Assembly: GCA_013265495.1 (NCBI GenBank)
Contig: MU058781.1
Span: 9,467,009-9,531,008, forward strand
From: Vicugna vicugna
Lineage: Eukaryota
Length of the DNA stretch: 64,000 nt
Reading direction: 5' to 3'
The position numbers were made by a program, and so were the translations under genes. Positions 1-11,677 of the stretch are shown in pieces. The notes under the pieces are model-generated. The model was given only the letters and a program-made list of their open reading frames with translations. It made no database searches and was not told the DNA's origin. The number at the start of each line of letters is the position of its first letter. Position 1 is the first letter of the stretch.

Positions 1-496
1 TTATGGTTGTGTAAGAGTCACCTTAAAAAAAACAAAAACCAGTGAATGTGGTATTTAGAATACAAAAAATAGTATAACTGTACCTAATGTAGCAAAAGTA
101 ACTTAGAAAAGTAGGAGCAAAAATTAAGATGAATGGGACAGATTTTGATGGTGCTAGGGAATGTCATTCCCAGTGAAAGTCACCAAAGATGAGAGCCTCC
201 TCTAAAGCAAAGAAAGTAAATGGGCTGGACCTCAATAAATCCTGAAAGAAGGCAACCTGGCACAAACAAGGTGCCCTATTTAAAGAAGCCCCATTTACCA
301 CCATTAGCGTTATCAGGGCTTTCATGTTCGTCTTTTTTCTGTCTGGTGTGTTGGGTGAATTTTTAACTGCACAGGCTTTACAGTTAGAGCACTGGAATAG
401 ACGATAAACAACAGCTAAAACCACTTGAGAATTCCAGGGGCCTGACTCAACTCCTCTCACTTGGCTCCCTCCTCCTGTGTGCTCACCCCCACTTGC

Positions 497-684
497 TGGA
501 GCTTCTTGAGGGGTGGTCCTGGGACCACCGGCATCCAGTCACTTGGGGCACTTGATCAAAGTGCTCGTTCAGGCTTCCCCGGTAGACCTGCTGAACCAGA
601 AAACACGGCGGAGGAATTTTGAAATCACTTTGAACAAGCACCTCTCAGGTGATTCTCCGGCACTTCATGATTCGAGAAGCACTG
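497..684 (+). mobile_element. MER5A-like non-autonomous hAT-Charlie DNA transposon
   Basis: gtggtcctgggaccaccggcatc...cacttgggg...agacctgctgaaccagaaa...aacaagcacctctcaggtgattct...gagaagcactgg follows the MER5A consensus over its length. Confidence 0.8.
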
Positions 685-3550
685 GTATGTTATTCCGAGT
701 TTAGTGCTGTCTCTTGCCTTAGAGTAGCAGGTGACTTTGACATCTTCTGGATCATGTTAGACTGTGAATGGAGGGGAGAAAACCAAGATAAGGAGAGACC
801 TGTTTTCCTCTGTGGGGTCCAGTTTCTTAGTAAAAGTTGTACTGAGAAGCCACACGCACTTCTGCAGTGAGCCCACTCTAGTGGGATGTCCTGTGTATAC
901 TGGGTTTCATCGTGCTGATGTATATTTGCAAGGACAGCGTCCTAGATAGGAATGAGCAGCTATGAGCTCAGCAAGATCATACTCACTGGTGCACATAACC
1001 ACGTGGAAGAGGATGCCATCTGGGTAACCAAGCCGGATGCGCTTAGTACACAGAGTGAGTTGGGGCTGACATTTCAGTTCTGGGTGACATTGAGGACTTT
1101 TAAAATGAGATTGGTATGGAGTCTTCTCTCAAAGTAGAGGTCTGTGACCACCCAAAGGTGGCTCTTGGGAGAGAGTTCAGGATAGAAACACTGCTAGAGG
1201 TTCTAACATGAGATACAATGTCATTGCACCCTTTGTGATATTTATTCAATGAAAAATTCCTTTAAGGGTCTTGGTTTCCTAAGACAGCCCATCTCATGTA
1301 AGAATACAGTCTACTTGAGACTTTGAGCAGAGGAACAAGGCTTGAAAACCTTATCAGTAAGGAATTCTAGAGGTTTTGACTAACCACGGAAAAACTGAGT
1401 TTCCTTCTCTTAGGTTGAGCACCTGCGATGAAAGGAAAGAAAACAGTTTCCTGAGTTTATTTAAGTCAATAAAGAAGGTTGGTGTGCCTAGCTTTCATTA
1501 CATCATTCATCAAGAGACTTCGTGTGGGAACTTTGCAGGTCTGGCTCCCTGCATGATGTGATGGAGAGAGTGATTAAGATACGGAACTTGCTCTCTGTTT
1601 GTGTTCTTCACCATCTCCAGGTGGGGGAAGATTTAGAAGTTGAAGCACAGTATGGAGAAGGAACTTATTTTGATACAGACAGATGGTTCAATCATGAGAA
1701 TTGGTTGAAATGCCTTGATAAACTGCTACATTCGATAAGTAGGGGGTGTGTGTCTGGTTTTAAATAAACCAAAGGGCTTGAAGAGACCCAGGAAAGAGAC
1801 AAGGTGTGCTTTTTTCACTGATGTGACAGGACGCATGAACTTAAAACTGTAGGGCTCAAGAAGAGCTTGGCTAGGCTGTCGGAAGAATTGTGGGTACACA
1901 CAGGGCTGGCATGTGGGGCATTTGGGAGCTGGTGGCTGCACCCTCTTCTCATCCCATAACTTACCCAAGACATGTGGACTCAGAGAATCACACCTTCAGA
2001 AGAGATTCACAGGTAGTCTTGAGAACCAGTCCTGATGGAAATTCCTCCAGCTGCATCTGGACTGCACCCTCCTTGAGTTCCAGCTCAAAATTTAGATTCT
2101 GCCTCGGTTTCGCAGTCTTGTGGGAAGGATTAAATCAGACAACATTTATAAAGCCTGCGTCCAGTTCCTGGTGTATAATAAGTACTTGGCAATATGCAGG
2201 TCCCCTCCATGAAAATAAATGTATGGATGGAGTAAAAGGAATGATTCCAGAAATGATAAAGCAATGTTGCTGCCAGTGGCCTTTGAGCATTTTCTCTTCT
2301 ACCTGTTTTCACTGGAGACAACCCTAGTGGCCTCTTGCCTTTTAGTACTACATGAATTGTGTGGCAGAGCGCTGTTTCCTTACCTACTGTGCAGATTCTT
2401 CACCCCTTAGATGGGACCACTGAGTGGAGGAGTTGATGACTGTTCTTGCCCTTGGAGTTTGGAAGTGGGCATAGGGAGGCAGAAAACGCTCTCAGTGACA
2501 GAACCTAAGCTTGTTGGCCTGGGACAGCATAAGAACAAGCAGAATTGAGGTGTGATGAGTTGTTCATTTCCAGTAAACCAAGATTTGAGAAGTCACCTGT
2601 AATATCAGACATTTCAACAGAGCAGGCTCATGGTTTTGTTTTGATCCCCTTTCTCTGTGCGGGTTCTCTCCCCCAACCTCCTCTTTTTTTTTCTTTAAAG
2701 CATAGGATGGAAGAAGACCCAGGATGTAGAGGTTTCAGGGACCACCTTTGACTGAGGGTCGGCCTGGGGGCTGGACCTTAGAGCTCGCCCTGCTGATGTG
2801 AAGAATGACTAGTCAGTTGCACGCTGATGGGAGCTGTGGAGGGAGGCCCTAGGAGATGGAGAGAACGCATGGTGGGCTGCGGGGCAGCGGGTGGGGAGTG
2901 TCAGCTTTAGATGTTTTGACTTTTGCTTTTATTGCTTAGACTTTTTGAGAAGCACAGCTTGACTTAAGATTAGCCAAAGCTACATCTTAATTGAACTAGT
3001 AACAGCTATTGGGACAACCAAATATAATTAACTTTGATGTTTTCGAATTCCTTTTCCATTCTTCGGTTTGCCTGTGCTTTGATCCTTAATGATGTGTGCA
3101 CAGTGAATTACACTGGAAGAGAAATGTCTGTGTTCACATTGAATATCACCAGACCATTCTTTTCATTGAGTGCTGGGGCATTTTCACCTCATGGCAAGGA
3201 TTGGTAAGGAACACACTGTGCTCTGCTAAGTATGTTTTCAGTAGAAATGACAGCCAGCCAGCAACCTCACAAATTCAGGGTCAGAATAAGCTGTCTTCCA
3301 CGGCCTAGACAAATATTTGTGATGTTAGGAAATGCAAAAGGTTATGAAGACAGACTCACAAGATGCCAAATTTCACTTCATAATGATCAGTCTTGAAGCA
3401 AGTACACTGCCTACTTACCTGTGAGGAACTTTGCCTCAACGTTCCTGACTTGGGGGTAGTTGGAAATTCATTAGGAATTTATTTTCCTGTGGCTTTTATT
3501 CCTCTTATTATTGTAAATTTACAAAGTTAATAATAAATGTAACCTATTAC

Positions 3551-3760
3551 CCAGGAATCAGACGACATGAATTGTGGCTCTCTGGTCACTTCTTATTTTG
3601 TATCATTTTGGAAAAATCACTTAACTTTCCTGAATCTCAATTTTCTCACATGTGAAAAGAGTGTGCCTTGTTGAATTGTGGTGGGATCAAACGAGAGAAA
3701 TAAATATATGTGAAAATGCCTTGGAAACCCTAAAATTCTTAAATAGGGTTCTATAATCAT
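3551..3760 (+). mobile_element. MIR SINE
   Basis: MIR core aaatcacttaactttcctgaatctcaattttctcacatgtgaaaa plus tail gtgggatcaaacgagag...atgtgaaaatgccttgg. Confidence 0.8.
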
Positions 3761-5749
3761 GCATAGAGGAAGGCAGCCCAGACAAAGCAGGAGAGCATAC
3801 GTGCTGTTTTTCAAGGTCTAATGATTTATCTCACATATCCATACTTGCTACAAAAAGTGCCCTTCTCCAGGTCTGTGCCCTTCACGTTAGTCTCCCTTTG
3901 CCTGTCTCATCACTGTATTATTTTGGAGCCTGTGGCCATTAGATGACATACTGTTCCGTGGAGTACACTGACAAATTGTCAGGAAATTATTGCTGGTTCA
4001 GTAAGCCACGGTCAGTGAGAGGAAGGGGAAATACAGCTTTTCTTCCATGGTTCTCCGTTTTTCCCTCTATTCCTTCTCCTCCCAACTTTTTGGAACATGT
4101 GTACTAAAATTTCAGTATATTAGTACAAATTTCTAGATCAAATAATGGATACAGGATTTTGGACCCATTTTATCCAGAACGTGTTTTTTATTGTCAAGAT
4201 AGATGAGCTGGTTTATAAACCTGTGTTTAATCATCGTTTGTAATTGCAGCTTAAGAACTTGAGTACATTTCACCAGGTTGTTTCTGATCCTGCACCTATT
4301 ATGTATGGTGAAATTCTGTTTCCAGCAGTTGAGTTTGCATTTTTATATTTTGATCATCTCCTGGCTGGATGTTAGGTTAGGAAGGTGATTTGAAGCAATT
4401 GATTCTGTCAGGTTTGCTTGATGGCTTCATTACATGCTTGTTCAGTCATTTCTCATGTGAAAACGAACCCATCACAAAATAAGACATAATCCTTGCAGTA
4501 AGTGTGTACTAAGTATTAGATGAGCGTGGTGCTGGCATTTAGAAATGCCCACCCCCCTGGTTGCCTTCAGTGTATTTTCTTGTTTTGTTCTGTGTGACAT
4601 CGAATTTACACTTGTCCTTTTCTCTTAGAGACAAGCCGTGGGAAGGAAAAGACAAGATCGTAACATTAAGATTGAATGTGTTTCTCAATCTTCACATCCT
4701 TAACTGGTTTCTTTGATGCATTTGAGTTTGCTATAAAATGTTAGGGGAGGAAGGAAGGCAACCAGTGATAATCAAAGGGGAAGAAAGATCAGGGTAGGAC
4801 TCGGTGACATTTGAGGCTAAGTTTTGGAGCTGTTGCAAGAGTTATTGCTGCCTGTGACTGTTTGGCCTGGCTACATGTCTGAGCCATTAACTTCAGAATA
4901 ACAGAGCCTTTAAGAGAATGTCCTCTTTTAGAAAACTCCTCATTAACTTAATTTATGGGAGGGGAGAGGAGTTACTGAGCAGAGTTGGGAGCATGGGGTT
5001 TCAGCAGTGCCCTGAGCTGAGGTTAGGGGGGAATAATGTACACAAAAGCTGTAAATGCTGATTACGTGAATTTTTTTTTTAAATGGCCAGCTCTGCCTCT
5101 GGTGTTCTGAGGCCCGTCCTCCTTGAGATGGAGTTGACTCCACGGTGATGGCTTTTGAAGCTCAGTCCCTAACATGGGTCCCAGACAGGAAATCTTCAGC
5201 TCTCATTAAGCGTTGGCTGATTTTGATTCTCTTCCAGATTTGTGGCTGAAGAGCTTTGTGTATATAGCCTTTTGCTAACAACTTTTCCCACAGTAGGAAA
5301 ACGTACCTCTGTAGTGTTGATCCTTAACCCGAAAGGCTTTGGCCACCATCTCACAGGAGGTGGGGGACATGTGTACATCCCTCTCCCTCTGGTTCCCTAC
5401 ACACCCTTCACCAATTTGGGGAATGGAAGGAATAAAGCAGCCCTCATCACTAATAGAAGAATGGGAGAAGACAGCAGTGTCTGCTTCCGTGCAGCCATGG
5501 GAGCACGCCAGGACTGGCCATTCCTTTCTCTTAAGTGTGTTTTGCCCTGCCTTTCCTGGCCTGGGTAGAAGAGGTGGGAGAGATGGAGACTGAGTTTAAA
5601 TCAGTAATGAAGTCATTCAAAAATAGTTAAACCTCCGTTTGTCATGTGTTCAGATCTGAAGAAAGGAAGGATGGATGTCTTCAGGCCAAGTCATCGCAAG
5701 GCAGCAATGGTGTTGCCGTGGTGCTTGTATGTGGTAACATGCTAGCGGA

Positions 5750-6295
5750 GAGTGTGTCTTGGAGAGGCCAAGGGAAACTACTGAGCAAGTGGCGTTTTGG
5801 CCGAGAATTAGAGCGTAAATGTTAGCAAGGTTTTGGAGTGAAAGGGGGATGTTTGTGTGGATGGAACATCATGGAAAAGGGTGTGGGGGAATGAAAAGAT
5901 AGGTCCACAAGTGGTTTATTATTTCTGTAAGTCATTCACTTGTTGATTTAATACATATTTAAGTGCATTTACTTTGTACTGAGTGCTGTTAGGTACCAGG
6001 AGTAAAACTGGTGAACAAGCAGAGAGTCAATAGAACTTTGTGATGTGTTGCAAAATGCATATGGGAGAAGGTCTCAAGGTATCCAGCACACCACCTAGAT
6101 TGATGGTGGTCCACTTACCGAGCTTTGACAGGGATCCAGGGGTGGGCATGGTGTGGGTGGCAGATGATGAAATGATTTGGCTAAGCTCCGTTGACATATC
6201 TCAAGGAAAATGTTAAATGGGTGGTTGGTTTGACAGCTTTGGAGATTCGGGGTGTGAGAGAGAAATCTTAGATGGTTATAAGTATATGGAGAGTC
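5750..6295 (-). mobile_element. L2 LINE fragments, including an L2 3' end at ~5930-6030
   Basis: cattcacttgttgatttaatacatatttaagtgcatttactttgtactgagtgctgttaggtaccagg...gtgaacaag is the antisense L2 tail; flanking purine-rich segments resemble L2 body. Confidence 0.6.
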
Positions 6296-6575
6296 GGCAG
6301 AAGACCTAGATAGACATTTCTCCAGCGATGACATCCAGGGGGCCAATAGGCACGTGAAAAGATGCTCAGTATCACTAATTATTAGAGAAATGCGAATCAA
6401 AACTACAATGAGATATCACCTTATACCAGCCAGAATGGCCATCATTGAAAAGTCTACAAATAATAAATCCTGGAGAGGTTGTGGGGAAAAAGGAACCCTC
6501 CTACACTGTTGGTGGGAATGTAAATTGGTGCAGCCTATGGAGGACAATTTTGGAGGTTCCTTAACCTAAAAATAG
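6296..6575 (+). mobile_element. LINE-1 ORF2 internal fragment (C-terminal Cys-rich region), non-functional
   Basis: From 6297 translates [80 protein letters not shown], matching the L1 ORF2p C-terminus; first Cys of the CX3CX7HX4C knuckle is Ser; frameshift after VQP; no 3' UTR or poly(A). Confidence 0.95.
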
Positions 6576-8732
6576 CTGAAGCTGTTTTAGTGGCAGAGCT
6601 TGTCGCCTAGGGAGTGTACAGAACTTTCCTTTAAGTATATATATGTGGGCACTGTTTCTATGCAAATCTTACTCCCAGAATATTCAAAACTCCTTTTAGG
6701 CATGGTGGTTTTGATTATTGAGGACAAAATGAGTTGAAAAATCAAAGGGAATATCGTTCCATCTTTGCTGAATAAGCTTAATTGGACTTCAGTGTGGGAG
6801 ATCCGTGAACCTTCTGATACACAACATGCCTCTTGGTCTGGCTGCCTGGTCCAGCCTGGGGACCAAAGGTGCTCCTGAAAGAGACTAGTGACATGGTTTG
6901 TGACACAGGAAGGAAGGTTATACTGAAAACCGTGGCCAGTATACAAAATCAGGGCAGTTTATAGAAATGGCAGCTATGAGACCTATTGATTGTTAAGACC
7001 CCTGCCCACCCCTCACCCCGACCAGTTGGTTTAAAAAATTTTTTTTACCTGCCTTTGAATTTTCTTTCGCCTTAATAAATCAAAGGCTAGAGTGTGTGTA
7101 ATGATCCCAGTTTGGGTTGAGGTATCTTCAGTAAGGAGATTCTAGCTTTATCACCTAGATAGTCACTTCTCATGCAGTTCCTTTCTTTGACTCATTGACA
7201 TTGGAACTTGCAAGTAAGATGTAAAATTAATCAAGTAGACTTTGTTTAGCTCTTGACTTCTGCATTTCAAAAATCACACCTTTTTGTGTTGTCCTCCTTT
7301 CTCTTTACCATTATGAAAAGTGGCAATGGTAAAGTTAGACCTCATGTGAAATCTGTATTTCTCTCCTTCTGGTAATTGAGTAACAGATTGGACAAGTATT
7401 TTTCACATGTTTCTTAGTCAACACTGGATGCCCTGAGCTAGAAGTCCAGGGTCTCCAGCCCTTACCCTGATTTTCACTGCTGGCGGGTTTCACTTTTACG
7501 GTTTAAAATCACGAAGTCGTAGGCTAGGAGACTGACTTCACAGGGGAGAGTCAACACATTTAAAAGCCCTTTTGCAGTGCCAGCTGCGGCTAATGTGTGT
7601 CAGCATTTCCATCGTCATAATTCCCAACATTCAAGGGTTTATAACAAGGCTGTTAAGTTTTACCACAAACCGAAGCTTGGTATGTAAGGCTAGAGCCTGA
7701 AGCAAACTTTTTCATTAAAAAAAAAAGTAATTTCTCTATAAAGCCACTAATAAAGAAACAAAGCTAGTGATTATTGTTATAATACCCAAACTGTTTGGTT
7801 TACTTAATACTGCAGAGACATTAGTCTGTAACGTAAACCAGTCACTTCAGGAGTTTGGGGAAAAGACTACAAATGTGAGTGATTTTTAATTTTGAAGGGT
7901 GTCTGTTTGAACAACTGAAAACATTTTCTTCTCAATTTTAGTATAATTTTCAAGGTTTGTTTAACTATCCCGTGGGGCAAGAAAACTGCTTGTGACTCAA
8001 AACTCAGTAGAAATACACTAATGCTCAGGACCTCAGGCAGAGCCCTTCCTCCCTCAACCTAGGAACCGGAGCAATGACACATGTGGATGAGGGCGCCATG
8101 TCCCCTTGGCTGCCGTAGAGCTGGGACTATCTTGATTTGAGAATGTGGTTTCACTTCCAGGTAAACTTGATCTTGAAGGACTGCTGTGGAGAGGGCAGAT
8201 ACCTTGAGAGAGACGTTTCTTACAGTAATGATGATGGATTTCTGTGGCTACACCCTCATGCTCTGGCCCCCGTTATGATGAGTGAGAAGCATATGCAAGC
8301 TGCTAATTTGAGTGCAGCACAAAATCTGTGCCCCTGGAACAGAAGCAGTGTGACTCACATATGGTTGAACCTGTAACTTCGGCCTCTTAGCGCTCCATGT
8401 TTAAATCACCCAGGTGACTTAGCCCAGGGGTTAATGAATGAAAGCTCAAGATAACCTTTGTGGGTCAAGTCCTGCCAGTCTTATCCTCCCTCTACTGTGT
8501 GGCCCATAGACATTGATTCCATTTTCCTTCTCTTTGCCTTGTACTGACTCATCTCCTTCTTTTCATCTGCATCTCCTTTTCTTGGTGGATCTGCTCTTTG
8601 CTCTTCCTTTAGATGACTTAGACCTGGGATCTGTCTGCACATGCACTGCTAAGTACTAGGTGCCGAGCTCCATGTTATCACATATATTCATTACAAAATT
8701 TGAATGGGTGGACTCAAAATTATTGAAATGAT

Positions 8733-8782
8733 GTACATATATATTTATATGTATACATATATACACAAATACATGTATATAT
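8733..8782. repeat. Degenerate (TA/CA)n low-complexity repeat
   Basis: gtacatatatatttatatgtatacatatatacacaaatacatgtatatat. Confidence 0.7.
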
Positions 8783-9158
8783 TAACAAGTAAACAGGCAT
8801 ATTAAAATTAAGACGTTTGAGCAAAAATTGATTCTACTTGGGCAGCATCCAATCGAGCAGTGAGAAAGGAGCTCTGAGGAGCTGTACGCAATGAAAGACT
8901 TACAGTTAGAAAGGAGCAGGAACAAGGAAGTTCTACCAGGCAAAAAAGTGGATTATTGCGTGACTACTCTTCTCTAGGAGGGGGTGGCTGAGGTCTATCA
9001 GGCAGGGTACAGAATGTGTGCTGATCAGGTGCGTCCTGATTGAATGGCTGAAGATTCCGTTTATGGGAGAGCCGAAAGTATAAATTAAGCTTTATTATGG
9101 TGATTGAGGGGCTTAGCATAAGTGACTCCATTTTGGGCTTTTTTTTTTTTTCCAAACA
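8780..9158 (-). mobile_element. Solo LTR, probably ERV1 class
   Basis: ~380 bp from t(a)ttaaca to aaca; ggcatattaaaatt...tttgagcaaaaattgattc...gggcagcatccaatc...tgattg...gactccattttgggc resembles eutherian ERV1 LTRs in antisense. Confidence 0.65.
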
Positions 9159-11579
9159 GTAGGTATGTTTATAATCTGACTCCAGATACCTCTGCAACTA
9201 AAAAACCTACCCAGTCAGGCTGTTGAGGTTACAGGGTTATGGAAAACTTTAATAAATGAGAAAAAGATGTCCCTTCTGGTGCCAGGGCATGTGTGGTTGG
9301 CGAGCAATGAGGACTGACAGTGTGTCCCCGCTCACCTCTTTGCTTAAAGCATAGTTGTGGAGGGCAGAACTTGCATAGCCCGACGGAGTAGGCCTGAAGA
9401 TGTCATTAATGAGCATTCATCTTCTCTCCAGTGTGCGTTTCTCTACTACTCATTGTGGCCCCAGTTCTAAGAAAAGTGTCATGAATACTCAAGGGATAAT
9501 AACTATTAATATAATGTAAAATTCTTTGATTATATAGAGGAGGATGTATCTGAATTTTCAGGTGTCTAGAAGAGGCAAATGATCTGAGGAATTATGTGTG
9601 CAGTTATCTATCTAGCTGTTTATTATACGGTGTAATTTGCAGGCAAGGATTAGCCAGGCCTCTGAGTGTAATCTGTGGTCATTTCCCCCCTCTCAATAAT
9701 TTAGAAGGTAAATCCAAGCATAAACATCTTGCTTTGTACCAGATAGCTAAGTACTATACATGCCTGGGGTAGGCCCCTTAGATTCCTGGAATTACATGTC
9801 TGGAGAAATAAGTATCTTAGTAATTGTTGTATGTTTTTATGTAATTCATATCCAGGCCTTCTCTCCAAATCCAGTGGCTTAATTGTAATTAGATAAAAGT
9901 TAAGAACTAAACCCAGTAAATAGGGAAATTTGGAGGATTGCTTTAAGACACTGAACTTACTATGGACTCCTGTATGCGTGTTTAGAAATGGGCTTAATAA
10001 TCCTACCCTTACCACACCTGGTCCTTTTCCATACTCATTCATTTTCTTTCTCCTGTGTATGGAAACCATGACACATAATGCTGATAAAACTATGCTTTTA
10101 AAATCTCAACTATGTAGCATTGATAATATAAACATTATACTGACACAGCCTGTTAACTGCAAATGTAAGAGAATGTGACTATGAATCTGCTGCTCCCAGT
10201 ATGAGACCTTATTTTTAGAGGGAGACCGAATCATATAAAGCAAGATGAAATGTTTGTAAGAACTGATTTAGGTCATTATAAACAGATTGAACAGTTTGGT
10301 TAACTTGGAGTATATTGTTACAGAATAAATGTTAACTCGGAGTTCTGTCTTTTTCCTTTGAAAATGATGAAGTAGTTTCTCAGGTGTGAGTCACTTCCTG
10401 TTTTGGGAGACAGAATGCTGGATAAATGGCAAGGCCCATAAATGTCTGCCCTGCTGGCTTTGCACATGGATCGAGTTTCCATTGCTTACCCAAGGAACAG
10501 GGCATAGAATTGTGCCTCTTGTCAAACTGGAGCAGTCTTCCTAGAAACAGAAGGTGATGCTTTAGTGGTATTTTATCCATAAAATCTTTCTGTTCTTTGG
10601 CCTTGGCTTTACTCTGTTATAAAATGACAAATTTCAGTTGGTCATTTTATGTTTAGAGAAGACAGCTCATCATGTGTTGTGTATAAGAAGTGATTCATAG
10701 CAACTTAAATATGTCTCTCCTATTGCCACCCTACCCGCAGCAATGGCCAAGCATCTAAAAAAGTGCGTGTTTTACCTGAGATTTAAAATTCCTTTCCTAA
10801 AATCTCAGACCTATCTTCATTTCTGTGGTATACGTCAAATGCACATTGAAAATAACACCTGTATTTGATTTGCCCCAAACAGTAATCCTCTCCCAGTGTT
10901 GGGGACGAAAGGAAATTGTACTTGGGGTCAGGGAGGGAAAAGAAAATGATGATGGTTGTTTACTGCATTTTTTCCCGTATTTTGGGAATACCCCTCCTAC
11001 ATACATTTCTTTTCCTAAATTTTCTCTCAGCCATTCAGAAGCAAACATGATGCAGCTTCTTTCCACAAAGGAATCAAAGAAAAAATATAAAATTGGATGG
11101 ATTTGAAAAAAGACAAAAAGTTTAGAGTGAGATGAGTTAAAAAATAACACCTCATGAGAACTTACATGCCATCTGCTTGGGAATATTGAGGAAAGAATTC
11201 ATAATAAAGATGTCAGAGGAAGTAGATAGTGTGACAGCTAAACATACATGAAGGCTTCTTGTACTTGTTATAAATAGGAATATTGGCCTGGGTTCCCCTG
11301 TGTCTATTGAATCAGATTATTGGGCAGTTCTTCTCCAGGTTTCTTAAGACTTAGGATGGAGTCTATGTGTGTAGCCTCTGGAATCCCAGTTGGGGTCCGA
11401 TTCAACAGGCCATTTCTGACTTTAATAAGGGTGTGTGAATTGTGAATACGTATGTTGGATTGGAGTTAGAGATCCTAAGACGTACAACAGCTTTACCTTT
11501 GACGAACTGGAGGAAGGATCGGGTTATGAGCATGGAATATTAAGGAAGGTGACATGATTATAATGATGGAACTACATAT

Positions 11580-11677
11580 GTATTTTTTTAAATTGAAGTA
11601 CAGTCAGTTACAATGTCTAAATTTCTGGTGTACAGCACAATGTCCCAGTCAAGCATATACATACACATATATTCATC
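11580..11677 (-). mobile_element. 5'-truncated LINE-1 3' tip (camelid-like)
   Basis: T-run then aattgaagtacagtcagttacaatgtctaaatttctggtgtacagcacaatgtcccagtcaagcatatacatac; candidate TSD gaactacatat (11569-11579) / gaaatacatat (11678-11688). Confidence 0.85.

Noticed and set aside
6354..6569. 71-aa ORF with real protein homology
   Set aside because: It is a frameshifted L1 ORF2 fragment starting at GTG, not a host gene.
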